Below, one piece after another: positions 16,241-29,167 of a stretch of 64,000 nucleotides of DNA (position 1 is the stretch's first letter; every line of letters starts with the position of its first letter). A model generated the notes under the pieces. That model ran no database searches. It was not told where the DNA came from and worked only from the letters and a program-made list of their open reading frames with translations. Source of the stretch: Epithemia pelagica (Eukaryota > Protista > Bacillariophyta); contig OX337231.1 in assembly GCA_946965045.2 (NCBI GenBank), forward strand, positions 1,116,001-1,180,000, written 5' to 3'. The position numbers and the translations under genes are program-made.

Positions 16241-16412
16241 GGGCATATGTCTTGTCGGGCATGCGCCCTCCTCGAACATATGCCCGTAGAGTCATTCTCC
16301 CGACAAGCCGGGCGCCCAACGAGGAAGGAATGAGAAACTGCCCGACAAGACATATGCCCGTCGAGTCATTCTCCCGACAAGCCAGGCGCCCGACGAGGAA
16401 GGAGTGAGAAAT
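16241..16412. repeat. Perfect 21-bp inverted repeat overlapping a 74-bp-period direct repeat
   Basis: gggcatatgtcttgtcgggca (16241-16261) vs tgcccgacaagacatatgccc (16339-16359); acatatgcccg..gagtcattctcccgacaagcc at 16276 and 16350. Confidence 0.85.
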
Positions 16413-17699
16413 CTCAGGGGAGTAATCTGCTTACTTTATATCTAGATATGTAGGTAGTGACTACCGCCCGGTTTTATTATGAGATGGGATGTCGTAGGGA
16501 CATAATGTTCCTTTCGCGGTTCACCCATGATGTCGAGCGATTCGCACGATCACTACTTCCCCGCTCTACAATAAAATTCTACTGTAAAATAAAAATGTGA
16601 GACGAACTTCTTGCATAGCTAGGTATATAGTTAGTGCTGTTGAGTGGTGGCAGCATGAGGAGCAGGACCGGTAAGAACCGGAGAGGCTGTAGCTGCAACA
16701 GCGGGAGAAGGTTGGTAGTGCTGTTGAGTGGTGGCAACATCAGGAGCAGGAGCAGGAGTGGCAAGAACTGTAGCTGCAGCTGCAACAGCGGGAGAAGGTT
16801 AGTAGTCCTGCTAGTGGTGGCAACATCAGGAGCAGGAGCATTACCACCAGAACCACCCATACATTTATGTGGCAGACAGGCTCAAGGCTCTATCCGAAAA
16901 TGGGACTGGACGACTTCGATGCAATGCAAAGATGATGCACGTGAACATTGAAGGTCGTGACCCGTCCACCGATTGGCCAGAGTTCGATTCTATGGACCAA
17001 CACAATCTGCAAGCTTTGGTTTGTGTTTCTACGAAGGGTTGTGTCACTAGGGTGTTCCCCTATTATTCCAGTCAAAAAGGGACACCAAAAAAAGGAGTCT
17101 ATAGGAGTCTACAGAAGCCGGCAAAGGAATACGTGATTCAGGGTGGTGACGTGCTTGTCTGATATGATGACCTGTTTCATTGTATTCCAAGTATTGCCAC
17201 AGACCCAAGTGATCGTCAATTCTTGCATGTGGTTTTGAAATACTGATTAATGTAGCCAGACGATAGCACAATTTAATTGTCATTCATTGTGTATCTTCTT
17301 CCACTCTTGCTGCCCTCATTTGAACAAAAATGACATTTGTTGCTTGTTCTCAGTTAGTTTACTTTCGGACATTGAAATAGGATTTTTCATGTCACGAAAT
17401 GACATTTGCCAGAAGACAATGATGAGCGATTTTTCACGCATTACATGTTGGATCAGATCTAGTGGGACAGGGCTGCACAGCATCCCGGTATTGGTGCTGT
17501 GTTGGTGCCGTACGACTCTGTTCAGGTGACGCCGGCGTAAAGATAGTGGCTCCACCAGTTTTGCTTAAAAGAGAGTGGATGGAAACTTGAGTCCTGCCAA
17601 TAGTATTGCCAATACCACACATCTATCAAGGGAGCTATAGATGGGTATTACTGTCAGCTCCCTTCTGGGTATTGAAGACGATTCGTTGATACCAGGACT

Positions 17700-17990
17700 G
17701 CAATCCTTCCCAGGCGAGGTTGGGGTGTCTCTAAAAGACACATCTGTGACATATATTGGAGAAACTAATAACATCGTTCAGAGATTACAACAACACAACT
17801 CCGGACACGGCAGCAAGCATACACGTTCACAAATACATCGACCCTGGGCACTTCTCGCATATGTTCTTGGTTTCGGTGGCTCAGCATCGAAGCTGAAAGC
17901 ATTCGAATCTCAATGGAAAACGGCACGTTTGCAGCACGGGGGCACAATCACAACCAATAAAATTGCACGACTTGAAAGTGACACTCACAG
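17700..17990 (+). pseudogene. SLX1-type GIY-YIG nuclease domain fragment lacking the first GIY strand
   Basis: TYIGETNNIVQRLQQHNSGHGSKHTRSQIHRPWALLAYVLGF...FESQWK in ORF 17641-18240. Confidence 0.8.
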
Positions 17991-19541
17991 ACAAAATATT
18001 ACAGTTTATTTCGCCTGCTTGTGGATGAGATTCTTCAGCAGGAGCTTAGCTTCCGAGTCTGTGAAGTTGGATGGGACACAACAATTGTTCTTGCCGTCTG
18101 TGTATAAGTCCTTTTGTCCACATCGGCTGCATTTGACTTTGTCTGTACCCGTCGACGTGGAGTTAGAGGATTTTGTCGAGCCACCTTCTCCCGGTCCACT
18201 TCACTTGAGACTCTGGACCTCCAACCACAAACTCTTCTGAATATGTTAAAGGCCCTCAACCAACGGCCCGGTATCTAGCTTCGGCACTCTGCGAGACAGG
18301 CGATCAGAAGCAGCAAGGCCGTATACAGGCAGCACCCTGCGAGACAGGCTGTCAGAAGCAGCAAGGCCGTATACAGGCAGATGAACTGGCCAAGAAGCAG
18401 GCTAACCTCCCTAAGTTCTACATGCACGGCTATGCGATCGAACAAGTCTTGTCTTTCACCTTCGTCCCGGCGATCTTGCACCTTCTCCCCACCGACATCA
18501 CCCTCGCCCACCCAAGAAACTCCAATCCATGGTCCAGTCATTCACAGGTTGTACATAAAGTACCAAGGTAGTGATGTGCCAACTTTTGAAGGAACATTTG
18601 GGGTTGCATGGTTTGAGGAACGTGTTGGTGGAACTGGCAGATGGAGACTCCGAGACACCAAAATAGTCGGCCAGCATGGACAACCAGATTTCAGGTTGGA
18701 AAATTCTTTGGAGATGTACATTTTTAAACCTCTTTTGTCCAGGGACATGCCACAAGATTCAATTGATGACATTGTGCATTAATCATCACTTTATTGTTTC
18801 TTTGTTTACTAAGCAAGTGTCCAATGTAAAGGTCACCACAACAGCCAAGAAGTGCTCTGATTTATTGGCATTGCCTCTACTTTCATACATAACCTATGAA
18901 GTCATCAACCAACCTACTCCCCAATTCCACCTTGTCCAACAAGGGCTGAATCAAGTTACAATTCCCCTCAGTAACAACTTAAAATGACATTTATGGTGAG
19001 TGGTAGACAGCAATGTAGTCAATTGGGACAATTCCCCTCAGTCACACATTTAAATGTCATTTCTGGTGGACGGTTCTTGAGACCAACAATGTCATCAAGC
19101 ATTCTGATATACTTGCACAGTGCTCTGTGATAAATTTATCTAATGAACTATTTTCAAAATCCACCATGTTAATCCTCCCAAAGATCTTTTTTACCTTCTT
19201 CTTAGATCTTAAGAGAGAAAATTGTTACTGTGGATGATTGAATGATTGCTATTGACTGGTTCCTTGTTCATGATAAGCCCAATATGTACCCTGCATTTCT
19301 TTGTGGAACTCCAATCGCTTTGGTGATTGACTGTCCATCATTATTGAAATACAAATTTTTCTGCAGAATGAGACATGAGCTTTTGATAACCTGTCATATT
19401 CTTCATATCATCAGCCTTCCAGTTAGGTACAATCTTCTTTTTTTGAAATCCAAACAAGAGGTAAAAAGTCTCTCTCATGATCTTTCTTCATCATATGCCA
19501 CCACCCCCTTCACAATGGGCATCTCGTTAATGCTTCCCAGC

Positions 19542-20201
19542 GTATTTATGGTACAACTGCTCACTAGATATGTACTGAGGAACACACAACCACAACACAT
19601 TAGTACGACACCAGCAAACAACACTACAAACAACAACCAGAACATGGAGAACATGGATAAAGAAGAAGTTAAGATTAAAGTAGTACTACAATTGATACCC
19701 TTGTTGGCTTGTAAGAAATAGAGAGGGGTAGAAGGTAGTCTGGATCTGATTGAACCCCACACACGAAGCCCTGTAGTTGTAGAGAAGGACTATGAGAGAC
19801 ATAAAAATTCTTCATTCTCCGAACTCTTCATACCTGATCCTATCTTTCAACTGAGGGAAAGAAGCTTGCAAGTATTTTTGGTACAACCGCTCACTAGATA
19901 TGTACTGAGGAACACACAACCACAACACCTTAGTACGACACCAGCAAACAACACTACAAACAACAACCAGAACATGGAGAACATGGATAAAGAAGAAGTT
20001 AAGATTAAAGTAGTACTACAATTGATACCCTTGTTGGCTTGTAGGAAATAGAGAGGGGTAGAAGGTAGTCCGGATCTGATTGAACCCCACACACGAAGCC
20101 CTGTAGTTGTAGAGAAGGACTATGAGAGACATAAAAATTCTTCATTCTCCAAACTCTTCATACCTGATCCTATCTTTCAACTGAGGGAAAGAAGCTTGCA
20201 A
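19542..20201. repeat. 330-bp tandem duplication nested in copy 1 of the 2820-bp unit (also at 22362-23021)
   Basis: gtatt..tggtacaac.gctcactagatatg recurs at a 330-bp period with several substitutions. Confidence 0.92.
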
Positions 20202-20600
20202 GCCTCTCATCCCCCACTCGGATAGTTCCTTACCAAAGTGGCGGCCTTATACATCTCCCTGGTGTTACGTACTCTACCTTGTCTGTCCACATTGTTCTGA
20301 TGGGATTTCAGAAGATTTGGCCGATACTCCGATCCGAAAGCAGAGTCCACCACAATCCGTCCACCACCACGTCGTTCTTCTCGGTTGTGCACGAAATCCA
20401 CCTTCTCGTAGGTTTTAGAATAGTGTGCCAGAGTGGAATCGTGCCAAGATCCAGGCGTGTTGATGTAACACGCCCGGATCTCTCCACCGGGCGAAAACAG
20501 GAAAAGGTTTGAAATGTAGTGACATTTCTCACTTTAATTCTATCAAGATGCCATGCTGATCCAGTCAATCTACCAGCCAATCCACCCGGTGGTCATGTTG
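20016..20600 (-). pseudogene. PIF/Harbinger-like (DDE_Tnp_4-type) transposase remnant, copy 1
   Basis: Across frameshifts: HYISNLFLFSPGGEIRACYINTPGSWHDSTLAHY, GRIVVDSAFGS, LSEWGMRGLQASFPQLKDRIRYEEFGE*RIFMSLIVLLYNYRASCVGFNQIRTTF. Confidence 0.8.
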
Positions 20601-22835
20601 GGTACGTTCAAGATGTTCCTCATAATTAAACTGATATGCAAAACAACACAGAACCGTCTAAACAAACGTGATATTACCTTTTAGAGCAATTGAGGACCAA
20701 GGCAGAGTTACTTTCCACGTGCACCTTATTTTCTGGACTCAAAGTTCTGATAGCTAGGTTACCTGAACCAAGATAGCTGTCGTTATACCATGCGACCTGC
20801 AATCATCAACTGTGCAACCTGTAATCAACAACATGTGGGAATGACGTTGTAAGACAATAATGACATATTTTCAAATAAATGAGATATGGAAAGCCTGGGT
20901 AGCTACAGTGACCTGACCACCACGTAGCTCCTTTTGTCCACATCGGCTGCATTTGACTTTGTCTGTACCCGTTGACGTGGAGTTAGAGGATTTTGTCGAG
21001 CCACCTTCTCCCGGTCCACTTCACTTGAGACTCTGGACCTCCAACCACAAACTCTTCTGAATATGTTAAAGGCCCTCAACCAACGGCCCGGTATCTAGCT
21101 TCGGCACTCTGCGAGACAGGCGATCAGAAGCAGCAAGGCCGTATACAGGCAGCACCCTGCGAGACAGGCTGTCAGAAGCAGCAAGGCCGTATACAGGCAG
21201 ATGAACTGGCCAAGAAGCAGGCTAACCTCCCTAAGTTCTACATGCACGGCTATGCGATCGAACAAGTCTTGTCTTTCACCTTCGTCCCGGCGATCTTGCA
21301 CCTTCTCCCCACCGACATCACCCTCGCCCACCCAAGAAACTCCAATCCATGGTCCAGTCATTCACAGGTTGTACATAAAGTACCAAGGTAGTGATGTGCC
21401 AACTTTTGAAGGAACATTTGGGGTTGCATGGTTTGAGGAACGTGTTGGTGGAACTGGCAGATGGAGACTCCGAGACACCAAAATAGTCGGCCAGCATGGA
21501 CAACCAGATTTCAGGTTGGAAAATTCTTTGGAGATGTACATTTTTAAACCTCTTTTGTCCAGGGACATGCCACAAGATTCAATTGATGACATTGTGCATT
21601 AATCATCACTTTATTGTTTCTTTGTTTACTAAGCAAGTGTCCAATGTAAAGGTCACCACAACAGCCAAGAAGTGCTCTGATTTATTGGCATTGCCTCTAC
21701 TTTCATACATAACCTATGAAGTCATCAACCAACCTACTCCCCAATTCCACCTTGTCCAACAAGGGCTGAATCAAGTTACAATTCCCCTCAGTAACAACTT
21801 AAAATGACATTTATGGTGAGTGGTAGACAGCAATGTAGTCAATTGGGACAATTCCCCTCAGTCACACATTTAAATGTCATTTCTGGTGGACGGTTCTTGA
21901 GACCAACAATGTCATCAAGCATTCTGATATACTTGCACAGTGCTCTGTGATAAATTTATCTAATGAACTATTTTCAAAATCCACCATGTTAATCCTCCCA
22001 AAGATCTTTTTTACCTTCTTCTTAGATCTTAAGAGAGAAAATTGTTACTGTGGATGATTGAATGATTGCTATTGACTGGTTCCTTGTTCATGATAAGCCC
22101 AATATGTACCCTGCATTTCTTTGTGGAACTCCAATCGCTTTGGTGATTGACTGTCCATCATTATTGAAATACAAATTTTTCTGCAGAATGAGACATGAGC
22201 TTTTGATAACCTGTCATATTCTTCATATCATCAGCCTTCCAGTTAGGTACAATCTTCTTTTTTTGAAATCCAAACAAGAGGTAAAAAGTCTCTCTCATGA
22301 TCTTTCTTCATCATATGCCACCACCCCCTTCACAATGGGCATCTCGTTAATGCTTCCCAGCGTATTTATGGTACAACTGCTCACTAGATATGTACTGAGG
22401 AACACACAACCACAACACATTAGTACGACACCAGCAAACAACACTACAAACAACAACCAGAACATGGAGAACATGGATAAAGAAGAAGTTAAGATTAAAG
22501 TAGTACTACAATTGATACCCTTGTTGGCTTGTAAGAAATAGAGAGGGGTAGAAGGTAGTCTGGATCTGATTGAACCCCACACACGAAGCCCTGTAGTTGT
22601 AGAGAAGGACTATGAGAGACATAAAAATTCTTCACTCTCCGAACTCTTCATACCTGATCCTATCTTTCAACTGAGGGAAAGAAGCTTGCAAGTATTTTTG
22701 GTACAACCGCTCACTAGATATGTACTGAGGAACACACAACCACAACACCTTAGTACGACACCAGCAAACAACACTACAAACAACAACCAGAACATGGAGA
22801 ACATGGATAAAGAAGAAGTTAAGATTAAAGTAGTA

Positions 22836-23420
22836 CTACAATTGATACCCTTGTTGGCTTGTAGGAAATAGAGAGGGGTAGAAGGTAGTCCGGATCTGAT
22901 TGAACCCCACACACGAAGCCCTGTAGTTGTAGAGAAGGACTATGAGAGACATAAAAATTCTTCATTCTCCAAACTCTTCATACCTGATCCTATCTTTCAA
23001 CTGAGGGAAAGAAGCTTGCAAGCCTCTCATCCCCCACTCGGATAGTTCCTTACCAAAGTGGCGGCCTTATACATCTCCCTGGTGTTACGTACTCTACCTT
23101 GTCTGTCCACATTGTTCTGATGGGATTTCAGAAGATTTGGCCAATACTCCGATCCGAAAGCAGAGTCCACCACAATCCGTCCACCACCACGTCGTTCTTC
23201 TCGGTTGTGCACGAAATCCACCTTCTCGTAGGTTTTAGAATAGTGTGCCAGAGTGGAATCGTGCCAAGATCCAGGCGTGTTGATGTAACACGCCCGGATC
23301 TCTCCACCGGGCGAAAACAGGAAAAGGTTTGAAATGTAGTGACATTTCTCACTTTAATTCTATCAAGATGCCATGCTGATCCAGTCAATCTACCAGCCAA
23401 TCCACCCGGTGGTCATGTTG
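22836..23420 (-). pseudogene. PIF/Harbinger-like transposase remnant, copy 2 (product of the 2820-bp duplication)
   Basis: Same motifs as 20016-20600. Confidence 0.8.
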
Positions 23421-24069
23421 GGTACGTTCAAGATGTTCCTCATAATTAAACTGATATGCAAAACAACACAGAACCGTCTAAACAAACGTGATATTACCTT
23501 TTAGAGCAATTGAGGACCAAGGCAGAGTTACTTTCCACGTGCACCTTATTTTCTGGACTCAAAGTTCTGATAGCTAGGTTACCTGAACCAAGATAGCTGT
23601 CGTTATACCATGCGACCTGCAATCATCAACTGTGCAACCTGTAATCAACAACATGTGGGAATGACGTTGTAAGACAATAATGACATATTTTCAAATAAAT
23701 GAGATATGGAAAGCCTGGGTAGCTACAGTGACCTGACCACCACGTAGCTGCTAAACACTTACTTGAGTCTTGCTACGCAGTGACTCATAGTCGTGATCTC
23801 TGCCTCCTACACGTGGAACAACCATTGAAGTGTCATCGAGCGGTCACAAGTCATACTGGTACTGGGAAGTGTGGTGGCTCTGGGTAGCTTCAACACTAGC
23901 ACGGCGTTCGGTTGGTTGCACTAATAATGACGTATTTCAATGAAATGGTATCCAACGAAACGCGAAATCTCATATCATGAACATGACAACGTCATCCAAT
24001 GGAAGATGACCTTTGATTGGAGCCAAGTCGATATGCCGTTTGGTGTTTGGTAGCATGTAACTGGGAACT

Positions 24070-24440
24070 GTAGTGGTTTTGGGTAGCTTCATGGCCAATG
24101 AAGTTTTGTCTTCTTCACAAGAACTTTTCAACATTTTAACTGAATTGAAAAAGATGTTAACACATCGTCACCATCGACGTTGTCTTATTGCGAAAAAGAC
24201 ATCAACGTCTATTCCGTCATTAAAAAATATCAAGGATGATCCCAATCTTTTCCAATATTACTGATGCAAAGTCCCAGACAATTATCTTGCAAGTCCCAAC
24301 CACTGTACGCATTCATTTGTTTATATACCAGTGCAACCTACTTCTGCCATTGAAATCCTAAAAAAAATTGGATTAGTTGTCACAGAAGCTGGTTCTGTAA
24401 AACTATGTGATCTTGAACTGCATGAAGAATTGAAATACAT
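24070..24440 (+). pseudogene. Possible Helitron-like Rep protein fragment
   Basis: MLTHRHHRRCLI...*CKVPDNYLASPNHCTHSF; the His/Cys spacing recalls the Rep region of Helitron-like proteins (from memory, not aligned). Confidence 0.35.
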
Positions 24441-25929
24441 TGATGCCTCACGAGGTGGATCCATCCCGTGAACAACGTCTCCCACCCCTCTCTGGTGTCA
24501 CCATCCAAAACATAATACAAGCAACCTTAGATCACCACCAACAACGCGAAAATCAACTACCTCACCACAAAAATCCCCACCCCTTCCCGGTGTCCGAACA
24601 CCACCCCTCGTGGCCACGTCTCCACCTTTCAAGTTGTCATCAAACCTGCTGCCACCGAAGACCAATTTGATCACGAACTCTACCAGGAACAAGTGCTCAA
24701 GTTCATTCTTCAGCGCTGGAACCACCACCATCACAAGGACTTTACAATCGACCCCACAACCGGCATCCAAGATGTCCTGCACCCCGGCACTCAAGACTCC
24801 AACCCCACCACCAACAAACGCGCCCCGCAGTTCTTTTGCTCCGCCTGTCCAGCCGTGTGTTTGTTATCTTTGAGTTTGTTATCTTTGAGTTTGTTAACGG
24901 TCACCTCGAGCGCAATCATTTTCTGGTCACGTGGCGAGAGCTCCTGTCACTTCTTCTGTTCCACAAGCGTCTAATACTTGACTGTCTCCCTTTTTGTTGG
25001 TGGACTTTGTAGGGACTGGCGGTTGCCCACAGATTCCCGCATCAGTGCATGCATACACCAATTCGTCACCAACTCAATGCAGTATTACCGGTGGCGGTTC
25101 GGTATGAGGCCAGAGGGTGATTGGCGGAGAGAGCGAGGCTCTTGGAGTGTACCGCAGCGGGGAAAGATGCGTTTGGTGAAGTTGTGAGCAGATTTGTCAC
25201 GTGCCTTAAGTTTGTGACATTTCATCAAGGATGGGAAAAAGGATGACTTTAGAATCATTGTACAATGCTCATTTGTCTTACTCAGAAATAGAAAGTCATT
25301 TAGTCACATATCCTCTGATTTGATTAATGGAGTTCTCAATAGAGCTCACAATTTGGATAAGAAAGACTGTCTGTTAGAGAGAACGGAGCGAGTGAAAGTG
25401 CGACGGTAGTTGCGATCGCTCGGGAGTTTCCATGCTGAGGGTGGCGAGAAAGTAGTTGGGATCACCTTGGATAACGAAGATTGATTGGAAATCGAGTTGG
25501 ACGCCGTGGACCATATTCGACGCGCGAATTATGGCGCCCTTAGATGTGGGTGTTGATGATTGGCCTTCTTTATCGATCCATCATCGGAGCGTCTTCAAGC
25601 CGTCCGAAAAAAGACGTCCCTGCTCACAATGTTGTTTAGGGAAGACCTCGCAGCTCCTTGCTACGTAGAAGTAACCGCCACCGAGGAGGTCCGCGTCGCA
25701 GGCCCGGAAGCAGGAGGTTTCGTACTCGGACTTCTCGATGGTCTTTTTCCCTTAAAAACTTTTTTCCCTTAAAAACGCATTTCATTAAGTTAACCAAGTA
25801 TCATTCTCAGTATAGGTTTCAGTGTACAAGTTAACGACACCTTACTTCACCTTGCGCGCACGCATGGTGTGCCACCGTGATCCTCCTATGAGGAAACATG
25901 AAACATTCATCTGGGAAGCTTTTTCATTC

Positions 25930-26300
25930 TTTCAAAAAACACAAACGACAACAGGTGGAAACAAGCTTGGAAGATCGCAACAACAAAGACGCCTGGTATG
26001 ATCTCAAACCAGACGATGGTACAAACTAATCTGAACAAGAATGGTAAGATCACTAATTAGTCTAAAGATTGTGAGTATGCACAAACGCTGGACCTTCTCA
26101 TGCGAGAAGGTCGGATTCCTTCAAATTGGACTCCTTTGAAGATCTAGAAGAAGCATCGACAGGAGTTCCGGCGGTACACCTGTAAGGTGCTAGGCTCTGC
26201 GCTGAACAACATGCGGACCAAGTATCGAAAGGAGATCCAAGACCGATCGGGCCATGTCCAGGGTGTCAACTGCGGTGACCCATTCAAGTTGAGATGGTGA
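25930..26300 (+). pseudogene. Possible remnant of a Harbinger-type accessory (Myb/SANT-like) ORF
   Basis: TLDLLMREGRIPSNWTPLKI*KKHRQEFRRYTCKVLGSALNNMRTKYRKEI; helical W/F/Y pattern only. Confidence 0.3.
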
Positions 26301-26630
26301 GCGTATTCCAATAGTTGTGCAATTCACAGCTTCGCCAGTTTTATTACAATTGTGACATAGCTGACACGATATTGCGTCACATGGTACATGATATTACATG
26401 TAAATGTTTGGACATTCAAACAAGTATTCGTAGATCAACTTGTGACACCGGCATATGGTTGTCGATGAAAATATTTGTGAGACTAGTGGTTTGGTTGCCG
26501 GGTGTTTGAGCTGGAGTCGTCGGGCCTCCGTTCTCGATGTATTGTGAAGATCCAACAATACGAGAACTCGTGTGGGGATGGTGGGTTTTGGGGTGGAGTG
26601 TCCCCAGGTATGGCCAGTCGTCTGGATGAG

Positions 26631-26672
26631 TCTTCGACTTCATCAGACACCTTGGTCTGATGAAGTCGAAGA
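26631..26672. repeat. Perfect 18-bp-stem, 6-nt-loop hairpin
   Basis: tcttcgacttcatcagac-accttg-gtctgatgaagtcgaaga. Confidence 0.95.
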
Positions 26673-27089
26673 GTCAAAGGAGGAACGTAAATACCCAGTC
26701 CGGAAAATTGGAGAGATACATCGTCATGATAAAATGCGCTGTTACTCTAGTAAAGGTAGAGCTCTGTCCATTTTGGAACTGAAGCTTTCTCCCATCCTGT
26801 AGGTTGTCGAAAACGCAAAGTAAACTCGTGCAACGTCGAGTTGCACGCTTTGTCTGATTCTCATATCCGTCTAACCACACTTCAACGCGTCGCTCCATGG
26901 TCCGCTTGGAGACGGACAATCCCATCCACACTGGGATCTGTGTTGCCAGGATTGGATGTCCGCAACAATATTGCGCCGAGGCAAAAATCATGGCAAATGG
27001 CACAAGCCGATGATTGTTCTGCTTGCGGACACGGGTAAGGAATTGGAAAAAACATCGAGAAAGAATCGAAGACGAAGCATCAATAACAA

Positions 27090-27260
27090 CGCTGTTAAAT
27101 CTATACCGGTGTAATTTCGGATTTCTGGATGAATCCAGAAGTTCAGAAACATTTCGCCAAAATTGTTGTCACCCGACCAAGTGGTCTCATCCACGGAACG
27201 AAGCATTGTGTCTACCGTTGCAAGACTGATCCAGGGAGCAAATAACGAATCATACTGCTG
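27090..27260 (-). pseudogene. DIRS-like (YR retrotransposon-type) reverse transcriptase fragment
   Basis: DSLFAPWISLATVDTMLRSVDETTWSGDNNFGEMFLNFWIHPEIRNYTGIDLT. Confidence 0.65.
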
Positions 27261-27770
27261 TCTTCTCTGACAATGTCCAATATTTGGATACTTTTGGAGT
27301 TTCCCGATATTTGGCAAAATATGTTGCAGAAATTGACGAAAGCAATCGCAAATTTGTAACAGCACCGTCAAACCCTCAATTTGATCATTCATATTCAAGT
27401 TCGGGTGAAAAACTTGGAAATACAAAAATCACTTCAACAAAAATCCGAGATTTATCACATTGGACGAGCTATGTCTCAAACAGAAGCTACTATGTTTCTT
27501 TGTCAAGTTCCTCAAGTTTACACAAATATCGATTTTGTTCACATGTCCACAGCTGTATTTCAAGAACGTCCTGGTTTCGAAAGACCTGTGAATCCAGAAC
27601 TATTCAAAAACACTAAGAGGACATCAATGGAACCAACAGTGCAGGATTTATATGACCTTGATGTTCATCAAGTATCTTTTTCTCATGCTGTTCACGACGA
27701 CAAAGATAATGGCTTAGGTGGTGAACTGCCAGAGTATCGACAGTTTACTGAAACGTCATTGCTCCTTTAA
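27260..27770 (+). pseudogene. Helitron-like Rep fragment (YxxKY region)
   Basis: DNVQYLDTFGVSRYLAKYVAEIDESNR, then after a frameshift HIGRAMSQTEATMFLCQVPQVYTNIDFVH. Confidence 0.55.
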
Positions 27771-28859
27771 AAGACGTCCAGTTTTCTTCTATATCAATTG
27801 ATACCATATCAGTTTTTGGTATACGACCACCTGAACTTTCATTTATTCAACATCCCACGATTTATTTGCGTTTTTTTGCAACAGCAAATCATCGACAGCG
27901 ATCGCGTCGTTGATATTGACACCATACACTTCGTTGGCCTTACCGGTGGAAGGGTTCGGGCCCGGCAGCACCTTTTTGAAAGTCAAAGTATCCACGGGTG
28001 GTCGTTGCCGTGATGTTCCTGAGACAGCGTCTTCCGTTGATGAATGGTGGTCTTGAATGTTGTTGGTATGTCGTTGGTTGCCTCCTTCTTGTAAGGCGGT
28101 TGGGTTGTTTCGGTGGTTGGAGGGTAGGGTCACGTGTTGTTTGGGTTGTTGTTGGAAGAAGGGCCCTTCGTGTTTCCAGTTTGATCGTATTGTTGTTCTC
28201 CTCATCAATTTTTGGTTTATCAAAGTCTTGGCCGTTCAAGTATCCCCACAACGACCTCCATTGCCAGATCATGCCTATCACAGCTTCATCTCTGGACAAA
28301 GTTCAGAAGCGACCTGAACGACCTACCTTGCTACCTGCCCCTCACCATGGCTGCTGCTATCGCTCAGATCTGTGCTGTGTTCACACACATGGCTTTTTCC
28401 CATGAAGCCTCAACCTTCATCCGAGCCATCTGCTCCGCCCCCTTGCCTCACATTTAACCACTCTTGACGTGTAGAGTTGATATGTCCAAAAACTTCATGT
28501 GATTCCACCCGTTGCCCTGAACCATTTCCACTACGTTCCCAACTGGACAACTGGATATGACTTTTAGGAGTTTGCTTCTAGCGTTTCCTAAAGACACATC
28601 ATGATGTGAAGCAGATAACTTGACCTACTTCAACAAACTGTTTGAAATATTTATATCCAGAGTGTGTATTCACAGCACCAATCATCCAACCGTCCCACTC
28701 CAGTCGGAAGTACATTCACACTGCAAGACTGTTCACGTTGCAAAGTCTGTGGACTGCTTTTGTTCAGCAATGAAAAGACAGAAACCACATCTGAGGATAT
28801 GGAATCCAGAATGTGGTGCTGGTTCAGAATACGGAGAAATGCTTGCAGTGGTCCAGGTC

Positions 28860-29167
28860 ACTGCTTCCATCCCTGAAATATATTTTGCATCCAATTCAGG
28901 ATGATCATTCTTCTCAAGTGGTGTGCGGTACGTCTTGGGTTCTTCACCTGCAAACATGTTCTTGTATACATCAAGTATCTTCTTGATGTACTTCTTAGGG
29001 ATTGCAGCAAGTGTACCATCTGGATCAAGTATATAGTCACAACTAATGTGATACTCAAGGGGACCATCTCCTTCGATCTTGAATCCATATCGGTCTTTCA
29101 ATGTCATGATAACTTCTACTGGCTTGTCACAGACAATCAACAAGTCATCCACGTAGACAGCAATCAA
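28860..29167 (-). pseudogene. Copia reverse transcriptase fragment
   Basis: IAVYVDDLLIV...GFKIEGDGPLEYHISCDY...PKKYIKKIL...TPLEKNDHPELD. Confidence 0.92.

Larger units (their letters stand above)
18109..23748. repeat. Near-perfect tandem segmental duplication, 2 x 2820 bp (18109-20928 and 20929-23748)
   Basis: ORF pairs are offset by exactly 2820. Only three differences were noticed (18153/20973, 19815/22635, 20323/23143). Confidence 0.97.

Noticed and set aside
18720-19500. hAT-like CxxH motif (AQCHQLNLV) on the minus strand
   Set aside because: The frame is riddled with stops, an adjacent frame is equally plausible, and no other hAT motifs are present.
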